From Bugula neritina (taxonomy: Eukaryota > Animalia > Bryozoa): DNA of 64,000 bases. A program made the translations under genes and the position numbers. Shown here piece after piece: positions 34,473 to 51,465 of the stretch; the first letter of the stretch is position 1, and the number at the start of each line of letters is the position of its first letter. Under the pieces are notes generated by a model. The model had not been told where the DNA came from, ran no database searches, and saw only the letters and a list, made by a program, of their open reading frames with translations. The stretch covers positions 14,312,642-14,376,641 of the forward strand of contig OZ037770.1 of NCBI GenBank assembly GCA_964035545.1, given 5' to 3'.

Positions 34473-36316
34473 TAGTATAGTGATATATATATATATATAT
34501 ATATCACTATACTATCTTTACAATAACTACCCTGAAACTTATTCCTTTTTCAGTTACCCACACAGCTCAACACCTACTGAAAAATAATTTCCCTCACTGG
34601 GAATCAAACCCGGGACCTCTGGTTTGCAAGCAGGCACACTAACCATTACACCACGGGGACTACTGGGTAATCTTAACACTACATCCCACCCAGTTCTCTG
34701 AACTCCACTGGCCTATCTACTACTCCTTCAGTCTTCAGGCTCCCCTGGCCTTTCAACTCCCCCAGAGTACTATTTCACTTATGAAAAACTTTGCCCTCCC
34801 CCACTGGGATTCGAACCCAAGACCTCCGGCTCTCAAGCAAAAGTGCTAACCATTACACCACGGAGGGCTACTAGTTAATCACATCACTACACATACATTT
34901 ATTGAACCTACCTTACACATGGTTTTGTAGGTCGCCTGTTGCGACCTACTTAAACTCTCAATAGTGGTTTGGGAGTCTCGGAGAGCTTGGGAAAGATTCC
35001 TGTTCATAGTTGCCGCCACCGCCATGTTGTATGACTTTATGTTTTTACTAAATTCTGACCTGGAAATTACATGCTTTGAATAAATCGTTGTTACAACATT
35101 AGACGCCATTTTGTGAACAACTGCCTCAAGAATGTGCGGCAGTACGAATACAATTAGCCGTATAATTATAGAAATATATTATATTACCATTACAAGTGGT
35201 GGCAGCCGTTCTTATATTACACTCTCAAGAAATAGTTAATTCCCACTTCACTTGAATTTTATTGGTGCTGCAATTTTTTTGTTATATATATATAATTTTG
35301 TTTTTTAGAAAAAAAGCCAGAATTTATTCAACTTCGAAAATTGTTCTTATAATTTTTTAATTCATAAATAACACAAGTAACACAAGTTTAAGCTCTACTT
35401 TCTGCTATATTCATTATAACAATCAGCTGTAGAACATGTAGAACATGTTCAAATCAAATAGCTAGAATATTGTCCTAACATGCCATACTAAGGTTACTAA
35501 TTAAAAACGTGATCTTACAGTTGTTTTCAGCTGCTGCTGACGTTATATTACAACAATCCTTTATTTATGTTTAGTTTTGATAAACAAATTTGTATTTTTG
35601 AAATTCATGCTTCAATTATTTTTAGTTAATGAAAGAATAATAATTGCATTATTATTTTAGTAATTACAAGTTGAGTCTATCATTCAAATCTTACTTAATA
35701 ATAGAAAAGTCTTTTTATACAAACACAAGGCTTGTAGTAATTTTATTTATACTGTCATGTTATACAATGTGTATTATATTTAGTTTTAGCTGAGATGAAT
35801 GTTTTCCTATTTATACAAAGTATAATGATAATTATATCAATTATAAGTTTATGAAGATTTGAAATGTGACAAGAGATAACACATTATCTCTTTTCATTGG
35901 TGATGGAATTTCCCTCCATGCATTGACATAACAGTGTGATTTGCCATCCAAGTATTACATAATATATACATTGATTCAGCATAATATAGATTCTAGAAAC
36001 TATTAGTACAGTCACAAATGCTGCATGCTATCATATATTATACAGCATACAGAGCTGTATAGCTAATGTTTTGCCAGCAAAGTGCTTTCTCTATACATAA
36101 ATGCATCTTGACAGTTACTTGGAAACTGTTTAGAGTTTAGACTAATTATAGTAATGAATAAGCAATACAGAAAATGTTACATATAGAACAAGAGTTATCA
36201 TACCTCGTGTCATTCATCAAGCCATTGAGCTTATGCATATCGTCGCCATTGATTGCGGGGAGGTGTAACAGTCCCGTCTTATGAACACTATGCTTTCTGG
36301 TGCTTGTACTAAACAT
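29428..36316 (-). CDS. Uncharacterised hydrophilic protein; 5' exon structure uncertain
   Basis: In-frame GT-AG exon chain ~35110-34912, ~34124-34014, 32460-~32001, ~31421-31209, ~30594-30373, ~30237-30065 and ~29616-29428. A putative first exon at 36316-36204 could not be joined cleanly. Confidence 0.7.
31428..31826. repeat. 44-bp intronic minisatellite interrupted by ~110 bp of unique sequence
   Basis: AAAGAGTATAAACTAGTATATAAGTATCTAAGATGTGTGATAAC units abutting an acceptor. Confidence 0.9.
34388..34517. repeat. (TA)n run plus 48-bp perfect palindrome
   Basis: AGATAGTATAGTGA-(TA)n-TCACTATACTATCT at 34470-34517. Confidence 0.9.
34588..34683 (-). mobile_element. tRNA-derived repeat / tRNA pseudogene
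   Basis: TCCCCGTGGTGTAATGGTTAG..GCTTGCAAACCAGAGGTCCCGGGTTTGATTCCCAGTGAGGGA; stems are mismatched. Confidence 0.75.
34790..34875 (-). mobile_element. Second, tandem tRNA-derived repeat
   Basis: CCCTCCGTGGTGTAATGGTTAGCAC..GAGGTCTTGGGTTCGAATCCCAGTGGGGG. Confidence 0.75.
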
Positions 36317-39300
36317 GGTCTCAGTTGAATTTTCTCAGACTTCTTTCCCAGTAGATGACCTTTGCTTTACATATAATAATTTTTGTATTAATTATTTATT
36401 AGTGAAAGCTTAAAATATTGCTAAAATAAGCAAGTTATTATATGACATAAAAAAGTACTAAAAAGCCGCTTTAAAATAAATTTCGGGGAAAATACTGACA
36501 TATGCTAAGTGCGTGAGCACTCTATATAACAATCCTCTGACTGCAATACTTATAAGTATAGTTGTAGTGTAACTGTGTTACTTGAGCTGCATGCCATGAA
36601 AAACAAAATTTGTGCAATCAAAAGTGACGTATAATAATATATAAGAGCTATAAGCACTAAGAAATGTATGTAGCTAGCTTTTTAATAAAAACTCTTCTCT
36701 TTTAACTTTAAAGCTTTTTATCATCATATTTGTGGATAATAAGGGCATTGCTAATAACATATTGTATGCTATGCCGGTACAGAATACAAAATGTGCACAC
36801 GTCTGATGTGCATGCATCATGTATTTTATATTTAGGTATATACTTATAGATACGATTTTCAAAGTAATTGACTGCATGCAAAGGATTTAGATGAAAGTAT
36901 TTGTAAGCTAGATATATTACTTATACTAAATTATCATTTTGAAAAAATTATTTTAGCTTCAGATGCTAATATTAGAACAGTATTGAAAATACATAATTTG
37001 GTTTATAGAAATTAATAGTTATTATATAGTGAAAACATAACTTACATTATATAAGCTGTACTTATGTGACATCCCCTGAGAGTACTATCTAGAAGCTATC
37101 TGGCAGGTTACAGCAGGTGCCCTCTTGATGCACGCATGCACAGGGTCTCAAATGTATTGAATAATTGACTAATTGCATGTCTATTTATACCGATCTAATC
37201 AAGATAAACACCGATCTTTTGAGGCTACATTCAGCAATATTTCTTATATAAGTTGTTGACATTGCCTATTGAACACTTTACTATGGTATAACAATTTCTT
37301 ATAAGCAATAATAAACCAATAAGCAATCCCTATTGATTTTTTTAATGCAATGTTTATTTTAACAGATATTAAGAGCTGTTTAAGAGCTAAGTTAAAGAAG
37401 AAGTGCTAAAAATATATACCTTAGTATATCGCAGGTAAAAGATATCGCATAACGACCTACTTATTGCATATACAGTAAGGTACCTTGTTTTTATGGGTAA
37501 ATAAATTCTCTTGCAAGATTTAAAAGATGAAACTTTATTAATTCATAATTGCTTAACATTTTTGATCTGATATAAAAAAGCACAGAATAATGTTCATCAA
37601 GCTTAATTTGATTTATATTTTTATATTATAAGCTAAATATATATAGATATCAAAAATTAAAAGTTAAATTTTGTATAAAGCCTGTAATGTAAGCAGACAA
37701 CATAATAAATATCAATGATGGATATGCCCAAAAGTTTAAAAAAACTTCATACAAGCTCCTGCTGCTAGAAAATGATGAATTGTAAAATAACTTTTGCCAT
37801 TGCATAGTTGTATTGTATGTGTAATTCAATCTTTATTTGTTTACAATGGCTTCTTTAGTTGGGCTTAATAAACACAAAAAATTAAGTTTATGAATGATTT
37901 AGCTACCATATTCTAAAAATTTATAGAAATATTATCATGTTTTCTTAAATAAATATATATGTTTTTAATAACAATCCATAAATTAAATAAAATAGTCGAA
38001 TATATTTTTGGCAATTTTTCGGTATAGTAAAGCACATCTAATGTTTGCAAATATGTTTTCCTTTGTTAGATTATATTGATTATCTGAGACCATTATTGCT
38101 TATTATTATTTATTGAACTGTGGGGCCAGTAGTGATGCATCAATTTCTAATAACATGATTATTAGACCCATAGCAAGAAGTTGGCGTTGAGGGGGTATGC
38201 AGTATCAGGTTGTGTTAAAGCCAAGGGAGGGCAAGATCTCAGTAAGGGGTGACATGGAGGAATAATGCCAACTGTGGTTCAGTGGACCAAGGTGCTTTCT
38301 TGGCTTGACACACACGATTCAATAGGCTGGAAACTCCAATATTACATAGATAAGAATTTCTTGCAGAAATTACATCCAGTGAGAGATGCTTCTATACGAT
38401 CTTGAATTCCCCAACTTTTGTGTGGAATGTTCAACAGGAAAAAAAGCAGTTTGTATGACACACCGAAAATGAATAAATATAATATAAATGAACGTGTATA
38501 TTATATTCGAAGTAGTACTTGCATAATGAATATTTTATTTACTTGCAGTTGATATAGCGCAAATATAACTAATTTTTGCCATTACCTATGGTTCTGTGCA
38601 TATAACCATAGCTTTTTATTCCATTCATTCCATCAAGTTTTTCTTACTTTACATTAACTGATAGAGAAGACAATTTAAAATAGTTTTTTGAAAATGAGAA
38701 TTAATTCATTATTCTTGGAAGCTTTTAAAATATAATCACATTGAGAAAGAAAGGTTATGCATAACTTTAATTATTAAAGGAGTTGTATTCTAGAATTTAC
38801 AAGAATAATAAAGATATGTCCAGTTCGCAACCTTCCAGTTATAAACCGAAGCAGGCTCAAGCAGCGCTGAAAAAGTTTCGTACAAAACAAGTTAAGATAA
38901 CTCCACAGATTTTATTCATAATAATAATATGTAAAAGAAAACCATATATTTATTATACCTGGGCATAAAATAGGAAGAATACAGGTGAACAAGTTAGAGC
39001 CAATATATATTCAATATTAGATAAACATTGAGAAGCCAACTCCACAATACTCGCTATTACCTAGTCTACAGACATGCAAACACAGTCATGTCACGTCAGG
39101 AAAAAACTAAAAGTGATGGTTTTACAAAGTAACTACCAACATTCATATGACGGAAATAAATACTCCACAATGAGAAAATCACTTTCTATGTTTGCCGACT
39201 TTGCACCAAACACAGTTAAGTGTGGGCACAACTCCAAATTAAATAATTGCTACAGTCGACGTTATACCCATCAGTTTATGCGGCAACTTATAGAAGGATT

Positions 39301-39393
39301 GCACCTCATTTTATAGCAACAGTCAACAACTTTCATCAGCAAAAGATTAATTGACTGTCAAAGTAATCTCGTAATCGGTGATATTTCGAGTGT

Positions 39394-44000
<4,607 letters not shown>

Positions 44001-44984
44001 CTTGAGAAGTTAGATGGAAATCACTAGCACATGACAGAGTTTCTACAAAACCTAAAAGAATCAGCATTAACAATGTTGAATTAATTAATTTTATATCAAC
44101 TGTGTATGTAGCCTAAATCTATAAGTTCAAATTACCAACTTTAAACCGTTTTAAATATGAAAACAGAAACTTGAATTAGATTTCAAATTTTAAAGATACC
44201 ACAGAAACTTGAATGTGCAAATGGTGAGCTAGTAAGTTAATGTATTGTAAAAACTATATTTGTTGTTACTATTGTTATAACAATTGTAAATCTGTGACGA
44301 ATTACAAATAAGAGAAACTATAATAACTTCAAGTTTAAAAGTGACACGTACACTTAAGTCTGATGACCAACAGTTTTAGGTTGAGTTTGAGTTAAACTCG
44401 TAGTAATACTTAATATAGTAATGCCAATAGTAATACTAATAGTTATAGTTGATGTTATTGTAATTGTTATTCATACACTTACATTTAGTGATTTAGTTTT
44501 ACAGGTAAAGTTATTCAAGTTTCAAGTTAAATGTTTATTTATATTATACTTACAAGTTACAAGTTATAAGTCATAGTTAATGTGATTCATATTGATATTG
44601 ACTATAACTATTGAGTACTTACTACTTATACTTATAGACTACATGTAAAAATATAGACTATAGTCAATAAGTTATACTAATCCTAATATTATAGTTATTC
44701 ACTTTGAGTTTGACTTTCAGTTTCAGTTAAACTCAACTTCAAGTTTTTAAAGTTGAAGTTAAACTTAATCTTAATGCCCAACAGTCACTGAAACAAAGAA
44801 CTATTTCACTACAAAACCATACCAATGAATTCAAAAATAACTGCCCCTAAATAAATAAATGATCAGCTCAAATAAAATGATAAGAAATCAGCCATAGCTG
44901 AAAAATGCCTAAAAAACTCAAAGTGAAACGAATATGCTAATGGAAAATCAATTGAAAGTAAATTGAAGGAAGAGGCGTAAAAGG

Positions 44985-45210
44985 ATAACTGCTTCCGGCC
45001 TAGAAAATTTTGCACTTTTATGTTGTGTTTTTTGCACCAAAAGGCTAGCATGTAGAATTTTTATAAATAAAAATAATTTAAGTATTAATTTTTAAAATTA
45101 CTAATAGAAACCAATACAAACCTAATAAAAAAAGTGTGCGTGAGAGTGTGGCGAAAACGCGCTAATGGTCCTTATAAAAAGGAAGTTGCCGCAGATACTC
45201 GTCCTTTTAG
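44985..45210. promoter_or_regulatory. Probable bidirectional promoter for AP2M1 and RPL22, with a pyrimidine-tract (TOP-like) RPL22 start
   Basis: Head-to-head genes; ETS-like CTTCCGG at ~44992 and GGAAGT at 45181; CTCGTCCTTTT shortly before the RPL22 ATG. Confidence 0.5.
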
Positions 45211-45225
45211 GTAAAGAACGCCATC

Positions 45226-46654
45226 ATGCCAGCCGTAAGTTTATTACTGTCAATTATTATCATTTTATTAATATAAATAGTAGTGTTACCAAGTTGAATG
45301 TTTCACATATAGTGCTAATGGTCTTGAAAAATTAAAATAGGCTCTATACCAGTAGAAAACTTGAAAAATTTATATATAAATTGCTAAGCGAGTAGCAGCT
45401 AATGAAATTGAATTGTTATAGGAATAAAAAAGTAAAAAGACAATCGTCTGCCATCGGTGTTTCATTAGCACAGTAGCAGTTCTGTTTTCTGCTATAAAAT
45501 TTGCAATATTGAAAGTTATAGTTATTTGAGACTTGTAAGGTAGTAAAATTAAATGCAATCATAAAATTGGCAATTAATCAATGAAAATTTAGTTGCAATG
45601 AAAAGGTATGCCTAATGCCATATCAGTGTGTGCTTTTGTTACAGTTATACCAACACACCTAAATCGAGTTTATTGTTTCATAACTAGTTGAATTTCAATT
45701 TGAATGATTTAATATTTTGAAGTGTGAACAGTGTTTAATTCTCCACACTTGATGTTTTTTTGCACTGCCTTATTAAATTTCAGGTTCAGAAAAAATCCAA
45801 AGGCTCAGCCAAAGGAAAAACTAGTGGCAAGAAAAAATTGTCGCTAAAGTTTGTTATTGACTGCACCCATCCCGTTGAAGATGGCATCATTGATGTTGCA
45901 GACTTTGTAAGTGTTGATGGTTTTAAAATTTTTTTATAGTTTTTGTGGAATGATTACCTATTATCAGCGCCGGAAGGTTACTAACAAGTACAGTAGGGTG
46001 CCGTTCTGTCGAATATTTATTAATGACCACAATACTAGAAGAAATTTAAATGGCTGCCAACAAAAGTAAATTCATTTTTGAGAATGTACAACTAATTGCG
46101 CGGCTGATTAGGGTTATCTTCCCTAATCTGGCAGGTGCCAGGGCTCTCTTCCCTGATATCGCCATTTGCTACTTTTCTCTCTGCAGGAAAAGTTCCTCAA
46201 CCAACGAATCAAAGTAGAAGGAAAACTCAACAACATGGACAAGCGGGTTACCGTTGTCCGAGCCAAAAATAAGATCACAGTCAATTCTGAGATTGAGTTC
46301 TCTAAAAGGTAAATATAACCCAATGTAACAACTGTTGGGAGTTTTTGTGGAATGATTACCTATTATCAGCGCCGGAAGGTTACTAACAAGTACAGTAGGG
46401 TGCCGTTTTGTCGAATATTTACAAATGACCACAACTTCAGCATTCTAGTTTTGCCTGCATCACATCTTTACCAGCTGTAATATAACCATTTGTCTTCTTG
46501 TCTCTGCAGATACTTGAAGTATTTGACCAAGAAGTACCTGAAAAAGCACAACTTGAGAGATTGGCTGAGAGTTGTGGCTAATGCCAAAGACTCCTACGAG
46601 CTGAGATACTTCCAGATTAACAACGAGGAAGAGGAGGGTGACGGTGATGACTAA
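45226..46654 (+). CDS. RPL22: 60S ribosomal protein L22 (eL22)
   Basis: Exons 45226-45234, 45784-45906, 46187-46308 and 46510-46654: [60 protein letters not shown]. Confidence 0.97.
45943..46032 (+). ncRNA. Intronic box C/D-like snoRNA, copy 1
   Basis: Terminal stem TTGTGG/CCACAA, C box ATGATTA, D box ATGA; 87/90 identical to the intron-3 copy. Confidence 0.7.
46103..46164 (+). promoter_or_regulatory. Twin hairpins flanking a cryptic 3' splice site (candidate eL22 autoregulatory element)
   Basis: GATTAGGG-TTATCTT-CCCTAATC and CAGGG-CTCTCTT-CCCTG either side of CAG at 46132-46134. Confidence 0.6.
46345..46434 (+). ncRNA. Intronic box C/D-like snoRNA, copy 2
   Basis: Same boxes and stem as copy 1; D box about 80 nt upstream of the acceptor. 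Confidence 0.7.
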
Positions 46655-48668
46655 GTTACAGATTCAAAAGCAGTTGTGGATATTAAAGACCTTTTAATTG
46701 TATATTCTGTGTACAATAAAATATTCAGTTTGTCACCAACTATCTGTTGTATGCTTGAGTTCAAGTAATGTGCAAGTATAGGGGGAGGGGTACAGCCTAG
46801 TTCTGTAAATCAATTATTCTAATTGACACTGGTAAATAATGTAAAATTCTACTAGTCCAAATCATAAGTTTTTCATTTTGATAGCTTGGGCAAATTTTTA
46901 TTGGTGGCAGTTTTGGTCGCATGTGTGTTTCCTGGTGGTTTCCCTTGGGTGTCTCTGTTAGAGATGATGGCCAAATTAAGCTGATTGCAGATATTCCATG
47001 TCTGTTAACCTGCCTACAGTTGTAAGTCATCTTTGAGGGTGAAGTTGTCCTTGGCATATAAGTTCTATTTCAGTTGAATTAGTTGCAGGCATCCATAGTT
47101 ATTCAAGAGCGGACAACTTCGTATTCGGGAAAGCCAGTGGCACCGAGAGGACTTTGTTGGGTAGTTATCCTCTCTCTATTAACGTGCAGCTGTCATGGTG
47201 GCCCATGATTTGCGATGAACCTAGTCAGCAGAAATTCGTAATGACGCAGTTGGTAAAAGTTCAGTCTGTTGAATTTGCAGTTACTATTACAATGCAGGCA
47301 GTGTTATGCGCCTACACAATAAATGTTTTGAAAGGCAACTATTGACTTGAAGTATTATGTTAGTGCTTCAACATTTCAGCTTTGATGAATTGATTAGCTT
47401 GTTTGAAAGAAATTGCATTATGTGATTTAGTGTTTACATGGATTTGTTGCTAGGTTCAACTTAAAATGCATACATAATAAGTGTAGGCATCAACCAGTAC
47501 AAGGTTGTATATGTAATTGGCATCCAAACATTTAAATATAGTACAACTTGCTGATAACTCGACTACCAACAGCATAGGCATGGCCTAAATTTACAAAAAT
47601 GTTTCACAGTTTATAATAAATATTTACTACGCATAATAATTCAAGTTGTGGTAAAATATTATAGCACTTTTAGCTGGAAAATAGTCCTATTTAGTGTATT
47701 AGAATAGTACATAAAACTGAATAAGAAAATTGTGCATTCACTACACTTTATTTTGATGTAAATTGAGAATACCATTGGGATGAAAAACATACAGCATTTA
47801 AGTGTTAGTGCAACATCTGCTGGATGTAACAAGTTAAAATTATCATCATCTGGTTTTTGAAAACCCAAGAGACTGGTTTATTATTGATTTGCTGGGCCAA
47901 AACCGTCATAACATAAAGGCAACAATATCTATATAATTATTTTTTGTCATGAGTCTGTTAGTATTAGTAAACATATTGGAAATTTTCACTGCTGCAAGAT
48001 TTTGTAATATGACAATGGGGTATGTAAAAATTTTTCAACAGAGGCTCCATGACAATATGATAATTTTTATGGTATGGGTGACTTTTTGTATTTTAAGTTT
48101 CTTGTATTTACAATGAATATATATATATGCATTTAACAGGCTAGTTGAAAAAAGAACAGAACCGCACAACGTTGATAAACATAGACACTAAATTAGAATT
48201 CAGTACTCTAAAGTATCGAAGCTATCTAGTAAAAAAATGTGGCAAGATGCAAAATACTGCCGTACTTTCTAACGGCTGAAATATAACATAATAAACAGTA
48301 TAAGTCTTGTTGCTAATAGATTTGAAGAAAATGCAAACATTATTTGCTCCATTCTAGTATTATTGCGACTAATTGTTATGACCTGCTGAAATAACAATTC
48401 AAACCAAGATATCAGCCAATCATAGACGATAAAAGCATTTATGCAAATGAGATATTCATGAGGTCTTCCATATTTGGTTATAGCTTTTACCTTATATAGA
48501 TTGACAAGCGGTAATTTACGCACCCTTGCCAACTGTTGCGCGGTAACCAATGATCCTGCTCTCTTATAACCGCGCGTTCTCATTCAATGAGTCATTGCAT
48601 CCGTTGGGGAAGAAAGTAGAGGTCAGCCATTAATTTGTATTGAGATTTTATAACGCACTACAGACAAG

Positions 48669-50984
<2,316 letters not shown>

Positions 50985-51465
50985 ACACAATCCGTGCACC
51001 CCATTTCCTTATATTAAGACAAGAACAGTGTCTATAATCTCCAGACATCTTCTATGTACACTTGTGAAACAATAGTCTATATTTTAGTTGGCTGCATGAT
51101 AATTGTGGTTGCTGATATACCCTTATTTTTATTAACATGATATTAAGGTGTCATCAACTGATGTTAAAAATGCTTCTCACTAAATAAACCAAAGATTTAA
51201 TCTGTTAATCACATCAAGTGTTATATGTTGAAAAAAAGCCTTTATTAATCAAGTTGATCATTAAATTTAAACATTAAAAGGTAGTCATGTCAATAATTGA
51301 GAAGTGCTGAAAATTTAATAATGGCATATATTTGTAAGATAGTTTAGATAAGCATAGAAATGACAGAAATATAAGCAGTAGCCTATAGCAAAAATAATTG
51401 CTTGTTCAGCGCAGCTGGCATGGCCTTTAGCTGGTGGCATGTGCAGGCTTTAGAGTAATTCTGCT

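Noticed and set aside
34588-34683. Functional tRNA gene
   Set aside because: Anticodon and T stems are mismatched; it belongs to a dispersed degenerate family.
45943-46032. SECIS element or U24 homologue
   Set aside because: Intronic with no UGA recoding context; GAATATTT resembles the U24 guide but the critical GCTA next to the D box is absent.
46797-47345. Short ORFs in a GC-richer patch after RPL22 (similar patch at ~38120-38400)
   Set aside because: No recognisable domain or splice chain; possibly decayed repeats but not supportable.
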